The notes beneath the pieces were generated by a model, which was not told the DNA's origin, searched no databases, and was given only the letters and a program-made list of their open reading frames with translations. This document shows positions 51,926 through 63,623 of a DNA stretch of 64,000 nt, in pieces. Positions within the stretch are counted from its first letter, which is position 1, and every line of letters begins with the position of its first letter. Source of the DNA: Mobula birostris (lineage: Eukaryota). The position numbers were made by a program, and so were the translations under genes. The stretch covers positions 39,542,935-39,606,934 of the forward strand of contig NC_092376.1 in NCBI RefSeq assembly GCF_030028105.1, read 5' to 3'.

Positions 51926-52462
51926 TGCAGATTTGCATGGCTGTTCATAACTTCTTTTCTGAGAGCTCATTACATTCCCATGTTACCTTTTCATAGAGGA
52001 GCACTGATCTGAGCTTCGCATGAGGACTGATATCAACCATGCACGGTCTGCACTCACTAAGCGTAAGATCATCACATGCATGGAAGCAAGTAGCACTTAC
52101 AAAATATAATGTGACAGAGTTTCTAGGCTAATATACCCACATGACAGATTGGACAATTTTACAATACCTTAATCATTGGCAAGGTTAGAAGACAAGTTAC
52201 TTAAGTGGAACAAGATATCTGGTTGCAGTGGGGAATATTGTATATGGAATACCCAGGATATACATCAGTCACTCAAGCAATGGAAACAATAACGTGTGTA
52301 TGCATGGGCTGAAGCAATTTAGCCAGTGAAATAGCGTACAAAAACAGAAAGACAGTGATATATACTCAATATTCTGTTTTCCCCAAATAAGAGAAATTGC
52401 TAGAATTTACATTATCATATACTTGAGAAGAAACATACAGGTTTAAGCTACAGAAGGAAATT

Positions 52463-52531
52463 CTCAGAACAAGAAAATAAGTCTTTCATATTTAATCATT
52501 GATGATATCTTAACAGAAAATTTTGTAAATA
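52463..52531 (+). repeat. 69-bp exact direct repeat, copy 2
   Basis: Identical to 51004-51072. Confidence 0.95.
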
Positions 52532-52837
52532 TCTCTTCAATCAGTTAATATCGGCGAAGTAAAGCAAAAATTGAAGAACCATAGAAAATTGATTTATTTC
52601 CAAAATTCAGAAAATAAAATACTTAATAATTTTTAATATTTGATTTAATTAAGTAGCTATTACACACGTGGAGGCTTCCAGAAAGCCTATAAACAATAAA
52701 TTACAGATCTTCATATTTTCAGATTGTGACATTTATTATCACAGTTCATTATCTGTGCTGGACCATTCACGTTGTCACCCTGGATCCATTGGATGAGGAA
52801 GTTAGATGCTGCTTTTAGTTTGCTTCACTTCCTGGAG

Positions 52838-52872
52838 TTACTTATTTAAAAATTGCAATAAAACTTGCTGCT
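52838..52872 (-). CDS. tex26: TEX26-like, last coding exon ((E)QQVLLQFLNK*)
   Basis: ttattttgcag| acceptor, phase 1 matching the previous donor; TAA at 52838-52840; candidate AATAAA at 52593-52598 on the minus strand. Confidence 0.7.
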
Positions 52873-53254
52873 CTGCAAAATAACGCAAACAAATACTATG
52901 TTTATTTGCTTAAAACAACTGATTTATTTCTGTATCTATAATATGGATCCAAATTATTTGTTTCCTTTATGACTAATCTAGCTTATTTTCCCAAATATGT
53001 TCAGCAGCCTGCCTCAGAGGCCATCATAACAGATACCAAGAGTTTGATGAAACTCAGCACTCAACTGTGGCCTGTTTATTCTTGAATCCCTGGCCATCTA
53101 TTCACAATCTATTATTTTATTGCTTTGTAAGGTGTGCGTACAAGAAATTGAAGTACACAAAAAATGTTTTTCCAAATCAAAAATGATTCTACATGAAACC
53201 GCTGCACATTCTTGCAGCCCTCCGTATTGGGGGGTGGTGGGTGGAATGGAGGAA

Positions 53255-53835
53255 TGCCAGAGGTAAGTTCTTTACACAGAGAGTGGTGAGTGCATGGAAC
53301 ACCCTGCCAGGGCTGTGGTAGAGGCAGATACGTTAGGAACATTCACAAAACTCTTGGATAGGCACATGGAAGATATAAAAATTGAGGGTTATTTAGGAGG
53401 GAAGGGTTAAAATCAGAATCAGGTTATCAGGTTTATTATCACCGGCATGTGTTGTGAAATTTGTTAACTTAGCAACAGCAGTTCAATGCAATACATGATA
53501 ATATAGTAAGAAAAATAAATGAATTATTTTCTGTAAATATATATGTATATACATATTAAATAGATTAAAAATAGTGCAAAAGCAGAAATAAGATATATAT
53601 AAAAAAGAGAGAGGTAGAGTTCATGGGTTCAATGTCCATTCAGGAATTGTATGGCAGAGGGGAAGAAGCTGTTCCTGAGTCATTAAGTGTGTGCTTTCAG
53701 GTTTCTGTATCTCCTTCCTGATGGTAACAACGAAGAGAGGGCATGTCCTGGGTGACGGGGGTCCTTAGTAATGGACGCTGCCTTCCTGAGGCACTGCTCC
53801 TTGGCGATGTCTTGGATACTACGGAGGCTAGTACC
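53255..53835. mobile_element. CR1 3' end (+) followed by a Rex1-type 3' fragment (-)
   Basis: FFTQRVVSAWNTLP; reverse strand ASITKDPRHPGHALF. Confidence 0.7.
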
Positions 53836-54757
53836 CTAGACAAGATAATCATTCAAATGTGGTAATACTGGTATCAGGGAAAGGCAGGACAAAAAAAAAA
53901 TTAAATATGCAATTGCTTGGGGATTCACACAAGATCAATTTGAATTCCATTTGAACCACAGTCCATAGTAAGCCTGTGTGAAAGCTAGAAACTTGACCAA
54001 AGTCATTTGCTCTGAATATCCTGGGAGGGCACTAATTTACTACTGGTCATGGAAGATGGATATTGTCATCCTTCATCACAGATAGATGAGTAAATTGGAA
54101 AAGAATTAACATTACTAATTTTACACCAATTCCACCAGTTTTTACAGCAGCTATTCTCCAAAGGAACTTTTTAAAATTTTTAATCAAAAGTGTATGCAAT
54201 GAAAAAGAATTAAAATGGCAGCTTGTATTGAATTACAGTGCTTAGGCACAGAATTTCCAGCTTGTAAGTGAAGGCATTTTCTTTATGCCTTTAGCACTTT
54301 CCAAGTCTACTGGAATTTACTTAGTGCCGCATGTTTTCTTCTTCAAAAGAGAAGAATTGCTGGATGATTAACATTCTACCACACAATAATCTCTGTTCAA
54401 AAGCCACCACTCTACCAGCAAATGGTGTGATAGCTCGACATGGTATGACAGTTTTCCGAACCAATAAGTTCAACACTTTTTTAGCAAAATGGGCTGCTTT
54501 CTTCATATAGATTTTTGGCCGCAGCTTTTGGAAGTCATTGTCAGCTAAGTGTGCAGGATTTTGATCTACTACCAAGGCCACTGTTTCATTAACTGCTGGC
54601 TGTAAGGTCCTTACGATAAACTGCCAACACAGTAGCAACTTCATTATGGTACTGTAGGCACAGTAATGACCGAGGCGTTTTTCTACCGGAATTGGATTTC
54701 ATTGCTACAGCTTAATAAATATAATATTTGGCAAAGATTTCCTATACAAACTAATAC

Positions 54758-54919
54758 CTTTACTTGGAAGTGACTCCAGATAGTTTTTAATTGTTTTTGG
54801 TTCAAGGGATTTCAATAGACTAGTAATATCCATAACAGCACTCCCATACTCTCTCTCATATGTGGTTGGATGCTTGCTGCTCTCCTGGATTTTCATATGT
54901 GCTTGTGTCAACTTGGGCA
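54758..54919 (-). CDS. tex26: TEX26-like exon (VPKLTQAHMKIQESSKHPTTYEREYG..IKNYLESLPSK)
   Basis: ttacttacag| acceptor and G|gtatta donor; 162 nt; phase 1-1; resembles the TEX26 C-terminal region (TTY..DY, YL.SL). Confidence 0.85.
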
Positions 54920-55077
54920 CTGTAAGTAAACCACAAAGGGAAGAGTTTAAATACTTGTTGGTGATAGAAATGATACAATGAACATTTTCAAATAATCCAC
55001 TCTTTTTAAAGACCTCAATAATTGAAACATCTACAATGCCTTGCTATGGTAAAATGGGAAACACTGCAGATCAGTGG

Positions 55078-55310
55078 AGGGCGAGCACTGTGACATAGCA
55101 TGTAAACTATGACCTGACGTTCACAGAGACCCGGATTCAATCCTGACCTCCAGTGGTGTCTGTGATGAGTCTGCACATTCTCCCTATGGGTATGTGGAGT
55201 TCCTCCAAGTGCCTCGGTTTCTTCCTTCTCCCCAAACTGCAGATTTGTAGGTTTAATGAACCAGTGTAGGTTGCTCCTGGGGTAGTGGCTGGCAGAGTTG
55301 ATGGGAATAT
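55078..55310 (+). mobile_element. V-SINE / HE1-like SINE, degraded
   Basis: B-box-like gattcaatcc followed by the V-domain gtctgtgatgagtctgcacattctccc..ttcctccaagtgcctcggtttc. Confidence 0.7.
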
Positions 55311-55324
55311 GGGAAGAAAAATTT

Positions 55325-56160
55325 AATTTGCCGACAACACCGCATAGATTGGCCTAATCTCAAACATTAACAAGGTGACCTACAGGGAAGAAATCATCTC
55401 TCTGACACGGTGGTGTCAAGAAAACAGTCTCTCCCTCAAAATCGCAAAAACAAAGGAGCTGGTTGTGGATTACAGGAGGAATGGAGACAGGCTAACCCCT
55501 ACTGATATCAATGGATCTGGAGTTGAGAGGGTAAACAGCTTCAAGTTCCTTGGCATCCACATCACATGGTCTGTACGTACCAGCTGTGCGGTGAAAAAGG
55601 CACAACAGCATCTCTTTCACCTCAGACGATTGAGGAAGTTTGGTACGGGCCCCCAAATCCTAAGAACTTTCTACAGGGGCACAATTGAGAGCATCCTGAC
55701 TGGCTGCATCACTGCCTGGTATGGGAACTGTACCTCCCTCAATCACAGGATTCTGCAGAAAGTGGTGCGGACAGCCCAGTGCCTCTGTAGATGTGAACTT
55801 CCCATGATTCAGGACACTTACAAAGACAGGTGTGAGAAAAGGGCCCGAAAGATCATTGGGGACCCGAGTCACCCCAACCAGAATCTATTCCAGCTGCTAC
55901 CATCCGGGAAGAGGTACCACAGCATAAAAGCCAGGACCAACAGGCTCTGGGACAGCTTCTTCTACCAGGCCATCAGGCTGATTAACTCGCACTGGTTTGA
56001 GTGTATTTCTATGTTACATTGACTGTTCTATTTATTATAAATTATTATAAATTACTATGATAGCACATTGCACATTTAGATGGAGATGTAACGTAAAGAT
56101 TTTTACTCCTCATGTATGTGAAGAATGTAAGAAATAAAGTCAATTCAATATTCAATTCAA
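55325..56160 (+). mobile_element. Rex1/Babar LINE 3' part
   Basis: 215-aa ORF (WCQENSLSL..KTKELVVDYR..FYRGTIESIL); (TTCAA)n tail. Confidence 0.9.
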
Positions 56161-56409
56161 TTGAGTAGATATTCAGGGGAAAGTTGTAAGGAATGGGTTT
56201 GCAACGTGAGTTGATAGAGACTCACAAAGCTGAATGGCCTTTTTATGTCAAAATGGAAAAAAATATTTATACTCAACAAGGTTCTAGAAGCACCAGTGAG
56301 ATAATGGCCTAAAGCTCTCTGCTTCAATGAATAGGGAGAAATATTACCAATGTTGTCAGTGAGAATCCACATAACAGGAACAACTTCTTATCACCTGCAA
56401 TAGGATGAA

Positions 56410-59335
56410 TACAGGTAGGTTTTCCATTGAGGTTGGGTGATACTAAAAGTAGAGTTTCTAGGTTATGGTTGAAAAGTGAAATAATTGGGGTCTTCACTCA
56501 GAGGGTGTTGCGATTGTGGAACGAGCTGACTATGGATGTGCTGGATGGCAGTTCCATTTCAATATCCAAGTGATGGAGGGCTATGAAGAGCTATGGTTCA
56601 TGTGTGGGCTGGTGGGACTAGGCACAGACTAGATGGGCTAAAGGGGCTGCTTTTGTGTTGTAGTGTTCTAAGACTCTAGTAATTGGCAACCAAGACTACA
56701 GATCTATACCACTGCTCTGACTGCAATGTCAGTCCATATTTCATACTCCAACAGAATTTGAACTTACAGCCTTCACAAAATCACAGTACAATGGAGAAAG
56801 GCCAGTTTTGATGGTATCAGAAATGATCTGGCAAGTGTGGATTGGGACAGGCTGTTTTCTGACAGTGGGGTACTTGTTAAGTTGGAGGCCTTCAAAAATG
56901 ACATTTTGAGGGTACAAGGCCTGTGTGTGCCTGTCAGAATAAAAGGTAAAGACAAGTGTAAGGACATTGGTTTTCAAGAGGTGTTCGGGCCCTGGTTAAG
57001 GCAAATCTGGGTGGATAAATCCCCAGGGCCTGACAAAATGTTCCTTCAGGCCTGCAGGAGGCAAGTGCAGAACTTGCCGGGGCCCTAGCAGAGATATTTA
57101 AATTATCCTTTGTAACAGGAGAACTATCAGGGGATTAGACAACAACCAATGTTGTTCCACTGTTTTAAAAAGTCTCAAAACATAAACCAGAAAATTATAA
57201 GCCAGTTAGTCTGACATCGGTTGTGGAAAGTTATTGGAAGGTATTCTAAAGAACTGGATATGTTGAATTGAATTGAATTGAATTGACTTTATTTCTTACA
57301 TCTTTCAAATACATGAGGAATAAAAATCTTTACGCTACATCTCTGTCTAAATGTGCAACATGCAATCATAGTAATTTATAATAATTTATAGTAAATAGAA
57401 CAGTCAATGTAATATAGAATACACTCAAATCAGCATGAGCTAATCAGTCTGATGGCCTGGTGGAAGAAGCTATCCCAGAGCCTGTTGGTCCTGGCTTTTA
57501 TGATGCGGTACCATTTTCCGGATGGTAGCAGCTGGAATAGATTGTGGTTGGAGTGACTCGGGTCCCCAATGATCCTTCAGGCCCTTTTTACACACCTGTC
57601 TTTGTAAATGTCCAGAATCATGGGAAGTCCACATCTACAGATGCACTGGGCTGTCCACACCATTCTCTGCAGAGTCCTGCGATTAAGAGAGGTACAGTTC
57701 CCATACCAGGCAGTGATGCAGCCTGTCAGGGTGCTCTCAAATGTGCCCCTGTAGAAAGTTCTTAGGTTTTTGGGGCCCATATCAAACTTCCTCAACCACC
57801 TGAGGTGAAAGAGGCCTTTTTCACCACATAGCTGGTGCGTACAGACCACGTGAGGTCCTTGGTGATGTGGATGCCGAGAAACTTAAAGCTGTTTACCCTC
57901 TCAACCCCAGATCCATTGATGTCAATAGGGGTCAGCCTGTCTCCATTCCTCCTGTAATCCACAACCAGTTCCTTTGCTTTTGCGACATTGAGGGAGGGGT
58001 TGTTTTCTTGACACCACTGTGTCAGAGAGGTGACTTCCTCCCTGTAGGCCACCTTGTTATAATTTGAGATAAGGCCAATCAGTGTAGTGTCATCGGTAAA
58101 TCTAATTAGCAGATTAGAGCTGTGGGTGGCAACACAGTCACAGGTATACAGGGGGTAAAGGAGGGGACTTAGTAGATAGTAGAAAATCGTAAATATTTGG
58201 ATACACATGGACTGATTAAGGTTAGTCAGCATGGTTTTGTGCATAGTAGGTCATGTCTAACCAATCTTATAGAGTTTTTCAAGGAAGCTACCAGGAAAGT
58301 GGATGAAGACAAAGCAGTGGATGTTGTCTACATGGACTTTAAGAAGGCATTTGACAAGGTCCCACATGGGTTGCTTTGTTGTTTGTCCTTTGTTGTCTGT
58401 CATCTATATTAACGATCTGGATGATAATGTGGTTAACCGGCTCAGCGAATTTGTGGAACACACCGAGATTGGGGGTGTAGTGGACAGTGAGGAAGACTAT
58501 CATGGCTTGCAGAGAGATCTGCATTTGCTGGAAAAATGGCAGATGGAATTTAGTGCAGACAAGTGTGAGGTTTTGCACTTCGGTAGGACCAACTAACGTA
58601 GGTCTTGGACAGTGAACAGCAGGGCACTGAGGAGTGCTGTAGAACAAAGGGATCAGGGAATACAGATTCATTATTCATTGAAAATAGTGTCACAGGTAGA
58701 TAGAGTCATAAAGAAAGCTTTTGGCACATTGGCCTTCATAAATCAGATGTATTTTGAAGTTGTGTAAGATGTTGGTGCAGCCTAATTTGGAGTATTGTAT
58801 GCAGTTTTGGTCACCTACCTACAGGAAAGATGTAAACAAGGTTGAAAGAATGCGGTGAAAATTTACAAGGATGTTGCCAGGTTTGGGGGACCTGGGTTAT
58901 AAGGAAAGATTTTATAGGTTAGGACTGTACTCCTTAGGATGTAGAAGACTGTGAGGAGATTTGAAAGAGGTAGACAAAATTATGAGTGGTGTAGATAGAG
59001 TAAATACAAACAAGCTTTTTCCACTAAGGTTGGGTGGGACTATAACCAGAGGTCATGGGTTAAAGGTGAAAGGTGAAAGGTTTAAGGGGAACAGGAGGGG
59101 AAACTTTTTCACCTAGTCACGAGAGTGTGGAGTGAGCTGCCAGCACAAGTAGTGTCTGTGAGCTCAATTTCAATGTTTAAGAGAAACCTGGATAGGTATG
59201 CGGGTAGCTAAGGTCTAGAGGCCAATGGTCCTGGTGCAGGTCAATGGGAGTAAGCAGATTAAGTGGTTTCAGCATGGACTAGATGGGCTGAAGGGCCTGT
59301 GTCTGTGCTGTACTTCTCTATGACTCTATGACTGT
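56410..59335 (+). mobile_element. CR1 fragments (3' end 56410-56680; RT-bearing copy 56785-59335 split by Rex1)
   Basis: VDKSPGPD, SQHGFVHSRSCLTNLIEFF, YMDFKKAFDKVPH; (TCTATGAC)n tail at ~59317-59332. Confidence 0.85.
57263..58170 (-). mobile_element. Rex1/Babar LINE 3' part, inverted relative to 55325-56160
   Basis: ORFs 57577-58244 are nearly the same as the ORF at 55375; (TTGAA)n at ~57263-57285. Confidence 0.9.
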
Positions 59336-59862
59336 AATGCAACACAGAAAGAGGTTAATCAGCATCATGTCTGTAAAGATTCCACCTTCCCTCACCTTTC
59401 CTGATATACCTACAACCCTCTTCTCTTGCAAGTCCTTGTCCAATTTTCATGTAATAAACTGCATCCATCATCCTACAGGCAGTGCTGTGCTAATCCTCAG
59501 GACTCATTACGTGAGAAAGCCCTGGCTCTTTTGCCAGTCTCATGACTCTGCGGGGCAAGCACGACTTCCAGACAACCTTTAGCCTCACGTGGCAGCTGGT
59601 GCTGCTTGCAAAGGCAAATAACAGAAGGAAAACTAACAACAGAAGATCCTTTACTGAAGTCAGGAAACTAATGTCCTGATGCAATAATAGTGTATATCTA
59701 AACTAACATGGTAGACACCAGTTGATAAAGATACAGTTTTACACATTAACAGGAAGATGGAGCAATAGACACCGATAGCAGATAAAAGGAAAACTCTCTC
59801 GTGGACTGTATTATTACAGTACACACAAAGACAAGCTGAGTGGCGTGTTCAGTTGCTCTCAC

Positions 59863-60036
59863 CTATTCCTTTAGCAGCGATATTCCATTGTTTATTGCTG
59901 CCATATCGGGAAGTGCAGGCTGCCAGCTCGGGTTTTCGGTTCGGTTTTCTACAGTGATACTGGTTATCTGTGAGAGGACGACACTGTTCCCCCATTCTTT
60001 GGATAGGCACGCACGGGGGGCATTTCACCTTGAACT
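59863..60036 (-). CDS. tex26: TEX26-like exon ((E)FKVKCPPCVP..KPELAACTSRYGSNKQWNIAAKGI)
   Basis: tttctttccag| acceptor and G|gtgaga donor; 174 nt; phase 1-1; PEL....RYG.N.....A.GIVP motif. Confidence 0.85.
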
Positions 60037-60479
60037 CTGGAAAGAAAATTCCAAACACTTCAAAGACAATATCACTCTAATTGCTCACTGAGCATCTTTA
60101 TATGCTTGGTTAGAATGTCTACACTCGGGATTATATATTGAGGGTGTTCCTCTCTCCTCCTCGGTTGTTTGTAACTGGATGGAATACAACAGATCTGTCA
60201 GATGCAGCCAGGGATCTATGCTGAGGTTGCTACCACACTGAGCATAACCTGAGGCCCTGATGTTTGAGGTCAGCCTCCATTGTGTGAATCTTCATTAACT
60301 GTGGTTGGCCTGAGGCAGGATCCAGTGCCACAGCTGGGTGCAGATCATAGTGCTCAGGGCTCTGGTTGGTGACAGCATCTGCCAGGGAATCATATATTCC
60401 TTCTCACCTCATCAAAACCTCTTCTCATCTTCTTTGCTAAACTCACAAAAGTAGTCCTCAGTTCCCTTCACTGTCAGGT

Positions 60480-61320
60480 CCAATTATTTGAAAGCACCGG
60501 GAATCTGGTTTGAAGAAGTAAGGTCTTTCCACAAGAATCGGCTGGAGAAGAAAGCCAATGGAACGTGGAGCAATATTCTCTCTGGGTGGCTGGCAAGAAG
60601 CAGGTGATCAGGAGGCAGGTACTTTTTGTGCTCCCGCTGAAGGAGGGGGGAGGGCCGTAATACCCTGCCCAGACAGTCACCCAAGCCATCTGCCTTTTCA
60701 TCCGGAGATCCAGAATAGATCACGTCTATCAGGTCATGATTTACAAGCACCTAAAGGAAACAGGTACAGGAGGGGAAGAAGAGAAAGGGAAGAGGACAGT
60801 GGGATGGGCTCACGAGGTCAAAGTGATTTGGACTCTTCACAAGAACTCACAAACAAATAACCGCCAGCACCTCACTTGGACAACAGTGAGAATTATCCTT
60901 CCTGTCAGATCCTTGATGCACAGAGGAGGCCTCACTCCCAAGGCACTCTGACTGCAAGAGGGCTATGGTATAGAAGAGACAATTATTCACCTGATAGACT
61001 GTCCATCTGCCAGTGATCCTTGTTGAAGTTCTCCCAAGCAGCAGCATAAATTTCCAATTTATGGGCCATTCCCAGAGTTACATACTGAGGCAAACACCAG
61101 CTGCCACTGGAAGATTATCAACTCGGTGGATGGTCTGCCTGAAACTGATCAGTATTATGGAGACACCACATTCGGTTGCTGCACCTTCCAAGGAGAAGGA
61201 GTGCCTGCACGGAAGCATGGTACTACCACTGCAAAGGTTTAATGGAGGAGGACTGTGGTCTAGTCACTGAACTGTAACAGCATCTCAAACCGTCACTGGT
61301 GTGCTGGTTAAGGGTGAGAC
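60480..61320 (+). mobile_element. Degraded Tx1-type (L1 clade) ORF2 C-terminus
   Basis: VKVIW..ELTN..HLTWTTVRIILPVRSLMHRGGL..EETIIHLIDCP..WKIINSV (zf-RVT/CCHC). Confidence 0.65.
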
Positions 61321-61419
61321 CTGCATGACCTTGTTGCAGAAAGTATGGAATCGGTGGTGAAATGAACACAAAGGGAGGTATGTCCCAATTGCATTTTAAG
61401 AACACCGAATATTGAACAT

Positions 61420-61620
61420 TATAGAATAGAGCAGGCCCTTTGTGATGACCTTTTAACCTACTCTAAGATCAGTTGAACCTTTGCATCCTTCATAGCCCTC
61501 CATTTTTCTGTCATTCATGTGCCTATCAAAGAGTTCGTTAAATCCCCCGAATGTATTTGCCTCTACCACCACCCCTGTCAAGGTATTCCATTCATTCTCC
61601 ACTCTGTGTAAAGAACTTCC
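61420..61620 (-). mobile_element. CR1 3' end
   Basis: RVENEWNTLTGVVVEANT..FDRHM. Confidence 0.75.
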
Positions 61621-62084
61621 TTCCTCTATAAATTTTATGAACAATACATATTTTTATGGGGAAAAGATCTCTCTAAATTTTGTTTCCATTTCATTGTGTT
61701 CCCACTTAAAAATATTTTTCCACCTTCAATTCTGCTTCCACCATGATATCCATTTCCTTATGTATATCAAAGATTGGTCCAATCATTCTCATCATTAATT
61801 TTTAAATGATCTTTAATTACTGTTTATTCTCTTCTTATGAATCTGTACCCCAATATATATTTCCTTTCATTTCATTTGTCATTTTAAAGCTTGCTTAATT
61901 TCCGTTCCCATGAGTCAAGCAATACTCCTTTTGTTGGACTAGCGGGCTCCATTTCTCCATACTGCATGTATTGTCTCCCTCAGCAACAGCAGGAACCTTG
62001 AAATGATTAGCAACACCAACAAATCTAAAATAATTCAGTCAGGGAAGACAGAACATTTGTGCTAAATAAACTGAGTGGCCACTT

Positions 62085-62800
62085 CAGGTTCAAGTTGAAG
62101 TTTAATCGTCAATCAACCAAACATGAACACCCATGAATGCAACCAAATGAAAGCGTGTTACTCTGGGGCCAAAGGTACCAACAGTCAAACACAGCACAAG
62201 GCAGATAGTGCACCTATAAGATAGCAAACACAATTAAGATACCAGTAAAATACAGTCACACCAAATATGTATAGTCCAAGACCCTGGGACCATGAATATT
62301 GGAACAGTCGGCAGCTGAACACAACGCACCTTGTCTTCTGCCGAGCGAGCACGGGGGGCAGCACCGACTCCAGCTTGGATGTGCCACTCCGCCCCCGGCA
62401 GAGCGCAGCCACCGCGACCCCTCTCTCCTGGGCGGCTGTAAACCGGCGACACTGCGGCTTGAGGCCTAGTCCTTGCTGCGACCGAGGCCACGCGGCTCCC
62501 CCGCCATACGCCAATAAATCCATGGATCAGACTTGCAGCACTCCACATTAACAATGTCCAACAAGATCTTACAATCACAAGAAAATCGACTAAAGATGAT
62601 CATGTACTGTCGGCTGCACACCCCCTTCACGCCCCGATTCCTCTGATGCGGGCAGCATCACGGTCCACACCAAGTCCAGCTCCTTCAGTTTCCCCACCAA
62701 TGAGTATCTTGCTGATGGAGCAGACCCACAGGACTTTACGTTCTTAATGTCCCGCAGGGCCTTGCAATCATGAAGATTGCATTTAAAAATACAGTAACAC
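62085..62800 (-). mobile_element. GC/CpG-rich non-coding retroposon-like insertion
   Basis: Tail-like (TTCAAG) repeats at ~62082-62101 resembling 20390-20470; CpG-rich body; no recognisable ORF. Confidence 0.45.
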
Positions 62801-63179
62801 TTACATTAATCTTTGCGAAAATTCACTATTGGTGATATCCAGTTTTAATCTAAATACTAATTGTCTAAAATGCCTGCTCACATTCAATGCTCTTCTTCAA
62901 CATGTTTTCTTTGAAAGCTTCCAAATGCTGTTCCCTATGGATTCCCCCTCAATCCATTATCAGCTATAATATGTACTGAAAACTTAATTCCATCAGTTGT
63001 CTCCTATTGATGTAAAAGATGCAAAGTTGGTGGAGGGAGGAGGTGTCATCTCAACTAATGGTAGACTGAAATGACCTCATATACTTAGCACTTACTCAAA
63101 TCAATTGCAATAACACCTTTCATCTCAGTGCTATATACATCCTTCTGTAACTGAATGATGAATTTCAATGCCGTCCTAC

Positions 63180-63336
63180 CTTGCTGTAGTCCCAAGTAAT
63201 CCTGCCGGTACATTGTATCATACTGATGCGTTTTTAGTCTGCTGATGTCATCAGAAGACATTGGTTGAGGGAAATATGAGTTGACCCTTGGGAAGGAATC
63301 TGGATTCTTCTTGAGTTGTTTCCATAGCCACAAAAC
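63180..63336 (-). CDS. tex26: TEX26-like exon (VLWLWKQL..KTHQYDTMYRQDYLGLQQ)
   Basis: tattgtag| acceptor and G|gtagga donor; 157 nt; phase 0-1. Confidence 0.85.
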
Positions 63337-63466
63337 CTACAATAGTACAGTTTTTAATAAAGTTATGATCAGAAGGCTATTATTGTTTTGTTACGTTCTT
63401 GCTTTCATGTATGTAACTAAAATGCAATTTATCTCTGGGGTTTCCTATGCACAGACTGTTGCTTAC

Positions 63467-63623
63467 ATCACATGGGTGAGGTTCATTGCTGGAGGATCCT
63501 CTGCTTCTTTGCAAAGGCTGTGGACTGGTCAGTAATTTCCAGGCATAGTCATCTGAATATGAAGTGTCACCAATAGGCTCATGGAGCTGATATGGGTAAG
63601 TAAACCCATCTGATGATTTAGGT
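63467..63623 (-). CDS. tex26: TEX26-like exon (PKSSDGFTYPYQLHEPIGDTSYSDDYAWK..NEPHPCD)
   Basis: ctctgccttacaatag| acceptor and |gtaagc donor; 157 nt; phase 2-0; Y.L..PI..T.YSD.Y.WK is the TEX26 N-terminal motif as I recall it. Ortholog versus paralog is unresolved. Confidence 0.85.

Noticed and set aside
51483-51970. Pro/Ser-rich and Gly/Arg-rich ORFs (also 49244-49606 and 28852-29214)
   Set aside because: These are stop-poor by-products of the pyrimidine-rich Penelope 3' region.
53112-53230. Alternative tex26-like last exon (VLQFLVRTPYKAIK)
   Set aside because: No suitable AG acceptor; 52838-52872 has a good acceptor and the correct phase.
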